DNA of 63,319 nucleotides, counting the filler, from Octopus bimaculoides (lineage: Eukaryota), in the NCBI RefSeq assembly GCF_001194135.2. It is 4 parts of 3 records of this genome, joined end to end, with 100 filler letters (N's around TTAATTAATTAA, not from the genome) between each part and the next. Parts side by side here need not be neighbours in the genome. Positions count along the whole stretch, not along the records: positions 1 to 29,384 come from NC_068981.1; 3 more parts are not named here. One strand, given 5' to 3'. The notes beneath the pieces were generated by a model. It was not told the DNA's origin. It searched no databases and worked only from the letters and a program-made list of their open reading frames with translations. A program made the position numbers and the translations under genes. Shown here piece after piece: positions 12,121 through 23,146 of the stretch (the stretch's first letter is position 1; the number at the start of each line of letters is the position of its first letter).

Positions 12121-13269
12121 TGGTAGGATTTCCACGAAAACTGCTATGTCACTTTTGAAATGTTTCTATTATGACGTAATAAACGGTCAGATTTTCGAAG
12201 CCCAAACGTCTTTCATATTTTGAAAAGTTGGAAGTGAGTCTACAATCATCAAATTACATAAAGACATTCTATAATCCCAAAACACCTGGAAATCGAAAAT
12301 TCCCAAATTGTGTGATTACTTGATCAGGACATATTCCCGCTGTACACATATGTAAAGGAACGTGTGTTATTACATACGCAGAAACACAGACATGTACACT
12401 CATACAAACAAATGCAAACTCGAGCACACAAACCCACACAAACACATAAATACACTCACATACATAGGTGATCGCTCACCACAGCAAACACAACTACACA
12501 GACATACATCGAATACATACACATACTTGAAAATGTTTAGCAATATTTATTAACCTATCAACAAGAGCTAATTCTTGCAAAAATAGGATGAATATAAAAA
12601 AGGGGAACCACCGTGATACAGTAAAACAGTACAGTAAGGACTTAATCTCATGTAGCTCTCCCCGCTTCCTGCTCATCTCTTAACATTTCGAAGAACTTCA
12701 GGAACGTTTTGGAGATTTTCGTTGAGGACAATTTGCAAAGTAATGATTTCTAGTACCTTTATATATCTTTTGGTGTACTTAGTCAGTTAGTTGCCCGGAA
12801 AAGCACCCTTGACTAGATTGAGACCTTAGTGTAATGGTGAAAATGAGGTGAGGTCAGCAACGGATGATGACAATTTTCGTTGCAAGACGAAGAAATTCCT
12901 ACTTTCGAAATAACTAGAGTCCAATCTTTTTAGATGGAGAAATATTCCGTTAAGACCTTATGTAATTTGCATCTAAAAATTCTCTGTAAAAAAAAAGTGT
13001 AATGCTAAGGGAAGTAACTCAAATAGAAAGAAAATTACTTAGTCGCTGTGAAACGGCGCTCGCTTCACGCACACAGACACATACACTCTCATATATTTCA
13101 AAAGTAAAAACACATCTGTACACATGAATACACACACACATTGAAGCGTTTTATTGTGCATACGGAGATTTTCTAACTATATATCTATTAATGACCTTGT
13201 TCCTAACCATTTTCGATCTATGTACTAATAGATGTGTAAAATATGTGTAAGGGTATATCCTTAACCAAG

Positions 13270-13500
13270 AAACAAGGCAAAATATGAATGATGATGATAG
13301 GATTGTTTAGGATAAGCAAGGTTAAGAGAACAGGCTAGAAAAGAAAAAAATACCGAAGAGAATAAACAAGAATGCCGAGAACAAAAGCGTGTAACCGTGC
13401 CAGAACACGTAAAGACCTTCTGATTTTGAAGCCCCATTTCTCCATATCACCCCATAAGTGAAAAATCTAAATAGTGTAGAGCTATCTGTGAAGCATAAGT
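13270..13500 (+). pseudogene. Array coding remnant Z6 (partial), truncated by the 13.6-18.0 kb insertion cluster
   Basis: GCAAAATATGAATGATGATGAT...AACAGGCTAGAAAAGAAAA...TACCGAAGAGAATAAACAAGAAT aligns to the other copies. Confidence 0.6.
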
Positions 13501-13543
13501 GATGTATTTGCCAAGCGTGAACGAAATCGGATGAAAAATATTG

Positions 13544-13594
<51 letters not shown>

Positions 13595-13639
13595 CACACA
13601 CACACATCTTCTCTCTCTCTTTTATATATATATATATAT

Positions 13640-14570
13640 GGATCAAAACAGTTTGATTCATATTCGTTGGTACTCCGAGTTTCAAGCGTGATGTTAGTCT
13701 TCAGCCATTTTGAATTTGAATGAAAGAAGTTGATTGTTATTACCGTAAGGTGGGCTGCAATTGGTCGAGGACGGTCACATGGTGTCGTGGTTTGATGTTT
13801 GTATACTGGTATATCAGCAACAACAGTTACTTGGAAAATACCGTATGGTGAACAGAAAATCGATCGTGTGGTGGACAGGAAATCGGCCGAGTTGTTGGAG
13901 GGGAAGTAGAAAGGGGCGGTATGTGCAAGTAAATAGTTGTATATGTGGGTGTGGACGCGCTGATATGGTTTTGCGTGCATGTCTGTATTGATGCAAACAT
14001 ACACATCTATATGGGTGCGCACGTCCCCCACACACACATAAATGAACGGACATGCGTTCACATGTACGCACACACACTCATGCATACACATGCGTATTCA
14101 TTTATATGTACAAATGCATATATGCATGCAGGTACGCATGCATATTAGCGTGCGCATGCACATGCGTACTCTCGCACGCGCATGCCTGAGTATACATGCA
14201 CATAAGCGTTGAGGATTGGCAAGCGTTGGGAATTGGTAAGCATTAGTGATTGGTAACTGGCGGTCCCGCTCATGGGGTTGGTTGGTAACGGTGGCCTTGG
14301 CGCATGTGGTGTAGAGTAGCAGCTAGCACTATGGTTGTATAGCCGGGTTGTCGGCAGTCATGGTCTTTAAATTTTCCAGAAGGGCATACCTCTGGTGACA
14401 GCAATAAGATAAATCGTATTTCTTTTTGATGGATACTGCGGATTGCTGGAGGATGTGCAGTTTTTCGCGAAGGCAGAGCTGGCAGTTGGGAGCACCAGGT
14501 GAATATGGCGGTGCTCTGTCGACAATAGTCCAATTGATGCTGGGTGTTTCGTCTCAGACATCACGGAGTC
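13640..14570 (-). mobile_element. Penelope-like element, 3' end (GIY-YIG endonuclease C-terminus plus 3' region/pLTR)
   Basis: Minus strand: INWTIVDRAPPYSPGAPNCQLCLREKLHILQ...CCHQRYALLENL, matching the W...Y...CxLCxxEK...CxH pattern of PLE C-termini. Confidence 0.8.
13668..13707 (-). ncRNA. Type I hammerhead-ribozyme-like motif at the Penelope 3' end
   Basis: UGG-CUGAAGA-[cuaacaucacgcuu]-GAAA-CU-CGG-AG-UA-CCA. Core intact; helix I is UGG/CCA, helix III is ACU/AGU, helix II is poorly paired. Confidence 0.6.
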
Positions 14571-14587
14571 TCTAGAGAAAATGAGCC

Positions 14588-14723
14588 AGTCTCTAAGTTC
14601 TCAAGGTCTTTCATACGCAGGGGGAACTTTCGGGATTTAAAGCCAAACTACATCTATGGATACGTTTGGCTTTAAATCCCGAAAGTGACCCCGTGTATGA
14701 AAGACCTTGAGAACTTCGAGACT
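14588..14723. repeat. Long inverted repeat (about 60-bp arms, 15-nt loop)
   Basis: Left arm AGTCTCTAAGTTCTCAAGGTCTTTCATAC...CTTTCGGGATTTAAAGCCAAAC; right arm 14664-14723 is its near-exact reverse complement. Confidence 0.95.
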
Positions 14724-14829
14724 AGTTTATGGAATATTGTAAAGAAGGTAAGGTTTCGGCATTATCTTCCTTAAATCCTTAACTGACCAGTATTAAACAA
14801 TCTCTCAATCTACACATTTTCGCAGACAA

Positions 14830-15850
14830 GATAAAAAATATTTATGAAACAAAAAATTCCACACATTCAAGACTCCTTTCAAGTGCCATCACCAAAACAT
14901 ACAAAAAAACTCGTAATTCCACATACAATGATATGAACACAGAAGAAGAAAAAGCGCTTAAGATAGAGGATCGCGTGAACGACCCCCCCCCCATAAGCCT
15001 AATTTCCATTCCAACCCCAAATGCAGGCTGATCAACCCCCTCCTAAAAGCGAGATAGGTATCATTAGCAAGTGTACTCTCAACATTATCAACTCTGAAAT
15101 CAGAAAGGCTACAGAGTTGACTGAATGGAACTCCAGCGCAGCTGTGATAGACTAGTTCCGCGGTATCGAGAATAAATCAGCCTGCAAATTCACCCAGTTC
15201 GACATTGGTGATTTCAACCCTTCTATATCTAAGCCCCTCTTCCTGAAGGTCCAGGCTTTTGCTGGGCAATTTACCAGCATTAGTGATCTTGATATCAGAA
15301 TCATCACGAATGCCAGAAAGTCAATTCTGGTCCATGACGATTCCTTCTGAGTGAAGAAAGAAGGTGATCCATTGTTTGATGTCACTATGGGGAACTTTGA
15401 CGGGGCTGAAATTGCCAACCTCGTCAGGTTGTACATTTTGGATACCCTCAAGAGACGTATCCATCCACATAGGTTGGCCATCTATAGGGACGATGGTCTG
15501 GCTATCTACAGTCATATGAATGGTCACGCCATGGACAGATTCAGGAAAGATTTGATCAAATGTTCAGAGTTCGGCTTGTCCATAACGGTTACTATCAATT
15601 TGATTACGGTCGATTTCTTGGACGTAACTTTGAACACGGGCAAATACTACCCCTACGGGAAGCCTAATGAAGAAACGGTATATATTCACAAGAGTGCACT
15701 CCCACCCGCTGTAATTAGAAACCTGGTTTGAGGCATTGGCAAACGGGTGTCTAAACTCTCAGCCAACATGGAGATCTTTAACAGGGCCGCCCCCAAAACA
15801 AAACTGACAACATTGATTTGATATTTGATTATGTTGTTAACAACAAATAT
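14830..15850 (+). mobile_element. Penelope-like reverse transcriptase, pseudogenised
   Basis: KSEIGIISK, FTQFDIGDFNPSI, ARKSIL, LFDVTMGNFDGAEI, YRDDG at 15483-15497, VDFLDVTLN. W-to-stop changes near 15150 and 15348. Confidence 0.9.
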
Positions 15851-15869
15851 GGACTTAATATGTCCCAAA

Positions 15870-17718
15870 ACAAAAAGACAAACCTACCTAGGCTCTCTAA
15901 GCATTGTGTTGCATGGAATGGTCAACTCTACTATCGTCACAGAGCAGAGAGAGTAAGAAATTCTGAAAATTAATACTGAGAAGTCTTGGTCATTCGCAAT
16001 CCGGATGAACAGAAGAGTATTATTTTAAGTATTCACATGGGCTGTGGTGATAGTGATACAGCCCTCTGCTTGGGAAGTCATCTTGGTGTTGACAGAACAA
16101 GGGCTAAAGTTTTAGAGCGGTTTCATTGGAAAAATGTGGGCAAAGACACGAAAGATTTCGTTTTGTCTTGTGATCAGTGTCAAAAAGTGAACTCTGTTCA
16201 CAAAATTAATGTTGGAGAGCTCCATTCTGTTCCAGTGTCAAATGAAGTGATGGCCCAACTTGGTGTCGATATCACCAATTTGCCGAAAACAGATGATGGT
16301 TATTGTTGCATTATTGTTGCAATGGATTACTTTTCCAAATGGTCTGAGGTTCGACCTTTGAAAGATCACACATCGGAAAGTGTGAGAAAGTTTCCTTTGG
16401 AGGTTGTTATTTGTCGGCATTGCTGTATAAAAATTCAGATAAATGACCAAGGAAGAGAATTCGTAAACAGTGTCTGTAGAACTACATAAACTGACAGGAA
16501 CACAGCAGCACATAACAAGTGCTTATCACCATCAAGCAAATGACCTCGTGGAGCAACAGAATCGCACTATAAAAGATGCTTTTATTAAATCCCTTGAGGA
16601 CCGTGGCAACTAGGTTGAATGCTCACCAGCAGTTCTGTTTGCGTATCGAACAGCCAAACATTCTTCAACACATTTAACCCCGTTTCAAATTTTATACAAC
16701 AGGCAAGCTACACTTCCAGTTGAACTACAACACAACCCAACTGCCAAGATCGGGACAGTTTTGGAAATGACCAATCAATATCCAGAAAAATTGATGTGAC
16801 AGCTATTCGGGACAGTATGATTTCTCGAGTTGCCTCCAATATTATATTAGAATAGCTCAGTTCGTTCAAAAAGAACAATACGATAGAAAACACGAACAAC
16901 AGCAGTTCAGTATTGGAAATAAAGTTCTGCTCAAAATCTTAATTCGAAAGGACAGAAAGGGAGAACATTTTACGGAACGCCGCACAGGTCCTTGCAGAAG
17001 TTTGTGGCAAAAATACCTATCGACTTTCAAATAACAATAAAATACTAGAAAAGAAAGTAAATGATACCAACCTCACTCGATATATTGAGCAACCGCCAGC
17101 AAGTAAAAAACGAAAAACAAATTACGAAAATCAAGATACCTAAGCTCCAAACTAAAAAAACAAAAAAACTGTAGTGATGTTTTAATGTATATAATAAATA
17201 CATTTCGTTACCAATTTAAAGTGTATAAATAAATTCCGGTTTGTATATAAAACACATATCGTTCTTCAAATCAATCTCTTATCGTTACATACTGTCAACT
17301 CAACTCATCTGCTACATATCTATAGAAAAAAGTACTCTAATCCAAATCACTTTCTCATTAAAAAAAAAAAAATTGTTTTATTTTAAAAACTTTGCAAACA
17401 CAGAACCTCTGATACTCAACATGTTTTTTGCAGTGCATCATAAAAGTGTTTTAAAAAATCTAATATTTTTGTCTTATTTTCATATTTTAAGATTAGTTTA
17501 CGATCTTGAATCTAATCCGTGTTTAATGTTATAAAAATATCAAGAGTTGTAAGTCTTAGAATTTATCATTTTAGCAAAATCACTGGGGCAATTTTGAAAT
17601 CGGTTTCAGGTTACCCCACCTGTAATCTGAAATCAATTTCAGATTATCGGGAGGTAGCTTGAAATGGTGGTGGTGGTGGTGGTGGTGGTGAGGGGGGGGG
17701 TAACTTGAAATCTGTACA
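15870..17718 (+). mobile_element. Gypsy-type integrase-only element, probably a Ginger/GIN DNA transposon, pseudogenised
   Basis: NGQLYYR leader, H-x-H...CDQCQ zinc finger, GVDI / NDQGREF / VEQQNRTIK catalytic triad, RTGP (GPY/F-like). No RT or RNase H upstream. 3' end has TGAAAT subrepeats and finishes GAAATCTGTACA. Confidence 0.7.
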
Positions 17719-18178
17719 TAGTGAAACCGGCCCTCATGAGCCTGGTATGGCTCGAGAAGGAAATATTTATTTTATTTCTTATGTCATTGATAACACCAAG
17801 AAGTAGAAGAGGGTGTTTCTTTCCGACTCACCAAAGTGAATGGAGCTTGGCCAGGAGGAAATGATCTCATCAGACGGAATCCAACGATCATTGAGTGTTT
17901 CGACTCTGAACCGTGACAACCTCCCATTGGTTGGTCAGCAGACGTGCTATATCACTGCTCACCATCTCCTCTTGATTTCTAGTTTAACTCCTCTCTCTCT
18001 CTTGATCCATAACTAGCAAGAAACTCTTTCTGCTGCTTCTGTTATTGATTGGGAAAATGTTTAGGATGGAAACTTTACTACAAATACTGGTAATAGAATT
18101 TCCACAAGTTAGCTATTTTATATATATATTGTACAAAAGTAAAATGCATGAATTACGATTTTAAAAAAATATTCATAT

Positions 18179-18760
18179 GGCACAGGAGTGGCTGTGTGGT
18201 AAGTAGCTTGCTTACCAACCACTTGGTCCCGGGTTCAGTCCCACTGCGTGGCACTTTGGGCAAGTGTCTTCTACTATAGCCTCGGGCCGACCAAAGCCTT
18301 GTGAGTGGATTTAGTAGACGGAAACTGAAAGAAGTGTATCGTATATATGTATATATGTATATATATATATNNNNNNNNNNNNNNNNNNNNNNNNNNNNNN
18401 NNNNNNNNNNNNNNNNNNNNNNNNNNNNNNNNNNNNNNNNNNNNNNNNNNNNNNNNNNNNNNNNNNNNNNNNNNNNNNNNNNNNNNNNNNNNNNNNNNNN
18501 NNNNNNNNNNNNNNNNNNNNNNNNNNTGTGTGTGTGTGTGTGTTTGTGTGTCTGTGTTTGTCCCCCCCAACATCGCTTGACAACCGATGCTGGTGTGTTT
18601 ACGACCCCGTAACTTAGCGGTTCGGCAAAAGAGACCGATAGAATAAGTACTAGGCTTACAAAGAATAAGTCCTGGGGTCGATTTGCTCGACTAAAGGCGG
18701 TGCTCCAGCATGGCCGCAGTCAAATGACTGAAACAAGTAAAAGAGTAAAAGAGAGAGAGT
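18179..18760 (+). mobile_element. SINE family 1, full length with internal microsatellite
   Basis: Head GGAGTGGCTGTGTGGTAAG...GGGTTCAGTCCC, CORE-like CTTTGGGCAAGTGTCTT, internal (TA)n-gap-(TG)n, conserved tail ending in (GTAAAAGA)n. Confidence 0.9.
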
Positions 18761-19204
18761 ATATATATTATGCAAATAGGGAAACGTTTTTTTGCTTAAA
18801 GAGAAAGATGCTGGAGCTTGTCGCTTTTAAAATGTTTCAGTTATGACGTAATAAATGATTTTCATAACCCAAACTTGTTCAAATTTCATATTTCAAGACT
18901 GGAAGTGAGTCTACAATCACCGATTAAATACAAACATTCTATAATCCCGAAGTAACTTCAAATCAAAAATTTTCCTGACCCATACATACGTATACAAACA
19001 TACGGAGAAATACATAGACACACTCATACAACGCGCAAATGACACTAGAACAGACAAACAGACGCACACACAAACGCATCCACATACACACACGCGCACA
19101 CACACAAACACACACACACACACAGACACACATACACACAGGCACGCACGCACACACACACTTATACGTGCATTTTGGTGCATTTTGGTGTGTCAAGGGG
19201 ATAG

Positions 19205-19810
19205 TGGTCTTATTGCAAGACTGCAAGTATTGAATCGAAATAGGTAGAGAAGATACAAGGAAAGTTTGAGGACAGGGTAAAGAAATAAGAATTGGGAATA
19301 CAGAAAGCAATCAGGAACGATGAGAAAGAGAAGAGAGGATCGAAATACATGGAAATGTAGCTTGGTGTCGGTTGACGAATGAGGACGCTGAAGGTAACAC
19401 AAAAAGAATAAGAAAGCAAAAGATGAACGACAAGAAAAGAAACAGGCTAGAAAAGAAAACACTACAGAAGAGGATACACATGAATATCAAGAACAGAAAC
19501 AGAGAAGTTTCCAGGTTTGGAGAGAAAATATGAATGAAGAAGATAGCCAAGGAAACTAAGAACTGGCGCGTAGCCATGCAAGAGTAAGAAGAAAAGCAGT
19601 AAATAATTACGAGGTGCCACATAGCATTGAAGCAACGAATGAAAAAAAAAATGTTTTCATGGTGATCTGTAGTTCAGCGGTGAAGCCTTAAACTACTGCC
19701 AAAACAGCAAAGTTAATCTACCAGGTATGGTAATCTAGAATGTATAAGCTCAATGAAGTACTTGTAAGTGGCAAGGAATGGATGAAATGACAGGATATCA
19801 TTATCGACAG
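19205..19810 (+). pseudogene. Array coding remnant Z7
   Basis: IARLQVLNRNR*RRYKESLR ... NYEVPHSIEATN ... GEALNYCQNSKVNLPGMVI* with TAG at 19736-19738. Confidence 0.75.
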
Positions 19811-20329
19811 GGAAACAGAAAACAAACGTATGAGAAAACACAAACATATACAGATAAGCATAGACACACACAAATGCACATGGGCACACACATACGCACA
19901 CATGTCGTCCATGAATGAACAGACACATCAGAAACAAATGCATACAGGTACAAACATACCCGCAAACACATGCACAAATGTTGAAATATACACTCACATA
20001 CGTAAATAAACGATAATCATAATAAACATACAATTACACAAACTTACGTGAATACATACACATAGTCTAAAATATTTTGCAATGCTTAGTAACATACAAA
20101 CAAAAACGAATTCTTGTAAAAATAAGATGAATAAAAAAAAACAACCCAGAAACACACAACACAAAATTAATTATTCAGTGTTCGTAATTTTGTATTTCGA
20201 ATAAAACTTCCTCACTTCCTTTGTAAAATATATATAACAGTACGTATACTGGATACAAACTTTCAACCAACTATGCAACATCAATTGCTTCTTCTGAAGA
20301 AAGTTTGCTGTATCACCGGGAAAAATGAT

Positions 20330-21145
20330 CGTTATTGCACGACTGCAAAAATTTAATCGAGAAAAGTAGAGAAGACGCAGGGAAAGATTGCAGTGAGGAC
20401 AAAGAAATAACAATGAGGAATGGAGAGAGGGATCAGGGAGGAAAAGAAAACTTACGCAAGAAATGCAGTTGAAAGATATTGTATGACGAACGAGAAATGT
20501 GAAGTTAACAGGGAAAGAATGTGAATTTCCAATCAAGAAAGGGAAGCAAAATATGAACGGAGATTATAGGTAAGGAAGAAAATAGAAGCGAAACATTACC
20601 GAAAAGACATGAATAATTAGAAGACATATGGAATAGACTTCGAGTTTGTTGGAGAAATTTGAATAAAAAGGATAGTCAAGGATATTTAGAACTGGTGCCT
20701 AACCATGCAAAGAGTACGAAAACTGGCGGAAATAATCACGAGGTATCAGTTAATATTGGTACAATCAGGGCCGGCTCAAGGTACTGGTAACTCGGGCAGT
20801 CACCTGGGGCGCCATGTGCTGGTGGTGGTGGTGGGGGGGGGGAGGGCGCCAGGGAGAGCGTGACAAAGACAAGGACATTTCCACGACCGTCAGCTAGTAC
20901 ATGCCGAAATTCAGCTTGCCCGGAGCGCCAGCAACCCAAGGGCCGGCCCTGGGTGCAATGAATATAACATGCCCTTATTGAGGTGGTCCGCAGTATCACA
21001 ATGCTACCAAAATGGTAAAGATTAGATTTGGTAAACTTGGCTGTCTAAATTCAATGCAATATTATAAGTTAGCAGCTAGAAATGAATCTAAGCATCATGA
21101 ATGAAAAGAAAGCATATTTCATGGATTAGGGAAATGCTTATGACC
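20330..21145 (+). pseudogene. Array coding remnant Z8, interrupted by a hAT MITE
   Basis: IARLQKFNREK*RRRRERL ... DSQGYLELVPNHAK...NHEV; after removing the MITE it reads NIGAMNITCPY*GGPQYH...CYQNGK. Confidence 0.75.
20766..20951. mobile_element. 186-bp hAT-type MITE with 8-bp target-site duplication
   Basis: TIRs CAGGGCCGGC...GCCGGCCCTG; flanks GGTACAAT (20758-20765) and GGTGCAAT (20952-20959). Confidence 0.9.
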
Positions 21146-21595
21146 GAAAATTCACTACAAATATGGACCGTAGAAATTCCACAAAGAGCATGTTTTTTTT
21201 TCTTTTAAATATTGAAATATATAATGTAAATAATAAAATATGTTTTCCTAAGAGAAAGATGTATAAGCTTGACGATTTTGAAATGTTTCTATAATGACGT
21301 AATAAATCGTCCCATTTTCGGAACAATTGTTTCTCCTTTTTCCATACAATTAAGTTCGCCTGACAAGATATCATTTCTAGAAATTCGCAATTGATGGCGA
21401 TTTTCCTTCCAGTGATGTTTCATCAGCAGTATCTATGTTTGAAATATCTTGAATGAATAAATATGAGTTCGTAAAAAAACAACAAAAAAACTATCAAGTT
21501 AAGGGGAATAATATTTACTTCTCTTAACTTGATACTTTTAATGAGTATGTAAAATAGTAACAAAGAAATCGTTGATTGCTATAGTACACACACGC

Positions 21596-21693
<98 letters not shown>

Positions 21694-22269
21694 CATAGAC
21701 TTCCATAAATACATACACATACTTTAAAATGTTTTGCAAATGTTTTATACGTTACTATAAATGTATAAAGAATAATTCTTGCAATGGTCAATGAATATAT
21801 ATATAAAAAAAGACCTTATTCTTTTATTCTTTCACATGTTTCAGCCCAAAGGCTGTGGCCATGCTAAAATACTGCCAGTATATATATATATATATATATT
21901 CTGTATTCGTAAATTTGTATTTAGAACATATGTAACAGTATTTCCTAAGTACTGGTTTTTTCCGACAATCTATAGATTCCTAATATTTTTTGTAAAGATG
22001 TGTAACAGTATATCCTGGATACAGAGTTTTACTTATTTTCTTAATTATATTACGAAGTTGGATATTATATGGGGAACAACGATCATATTTCAAGTTGAAT
22101 TAAAAAACTGGAAATGAAACGTTTATGGTTAACACTTTGCCAGAAATACGGGGCGTGAAATTTCCATGAATACTAGTAGTTTTTATTTGTTTTTGTTTTA
22201 CTATATTGTTTTATGTTTTGTCAAATATATTTTATTTATAAAACACGTTGAAACTTTTTACAAAAACTA

Positions 22270-22709
22270 CTAGATTAGCTATGCCATTTTGGACAGCAGT
22301 TTAAGGCTTCACTGTGATATCGCAGACCATCACGATAAGAACATATATTTATAGCTCCGATACTAAATGCTACCACGAGATTATTTACTACTTTTCTTTT
22401 CATTTTTGCACGATTACACGGCAGTTCTAAGTAGCTTTGTGTATCCTCCTCGTTCATATTTTCTCTCTATTCTCGGTATTCGTGTCTATTCTATTTAGTA
22501 ATGTCTTCTTTTTAGCTATTTCTCTAATTCTTGATTGTGCTAAATGGTTTGTGGTATCATCCATCATCCGTCATATTTTACCTAATAACTTTGATTCCCC
22601 ATTTGTCATACGACACCTTAAAAGCTGCATTTCTTGCATAAATTTCGTGCTTTCCCTCCACTCTGTTCCTACTTCTAATTTCTTTGCCCTATACGCAATA
22701 TTTTTCTAT

Positions 22710-22793
<84 letters not shown>

Positions 22794-22840
22794 CTTCCTG
22801 TCTTACAATATTATCATTCCCCGCCGAAGCATACGATTCA
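22270..22840 (-). pseudogene. Inverted array coding remnant Z9
   Basis: ORF 22275-22457: MNEEDTQSYLELPCNRAKMKRKVVNNLVVAFSIGAINICSYRDGLRYHSEALNCC. The upstream part is split by a GA/CT tract. Confidence 0.8.
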
Positions 22841-22941
22841 GTAATACACCATTTATGAAGGAACTGGCATTATATGTGTTATAACACTGTCAGTTACACA
22901 TATTTCATGAAGAAAGTTAGGGAGAGTTTCTCAATATATTA

Positions 22942-23146
22942 ATTTCAAATTTTGGCACAAGACCAGCAACTTCGGAGTTGTGGGTAAGTTGATTACGACG
23001 ACCATAATGCTCAGCTGGTTCTTATTCTATCGACCCCTGAAATGATGAAAGACAAAGTGATTTGAACTCAGAACGTGAAATCGGGACGAAATGTTTCTAA
23101 ACATTTTATCCAGCGTTCTAATAATTCTGTCAGCTCGCTACCTTAG
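22942..23146 (-). mobile_element. SINE family 2, diverged copy
   Basis: Minus strand TAAGGTAGCGAGCTGACAGAA...TTCTGAGTTCAAATC...GGGGTCGATAGAATAAGAACCAG, homologous to 33851-34192. Confidence 0.75.

Noticed and set aside
22145-22180. Short hairpin plus CTAG as the Helitron 3' terminus of the array unit
   Set aside because: The stem is weak and CTAG is not kept in other copies (CTGG at about 10817), so unit boundaries remain undefined.
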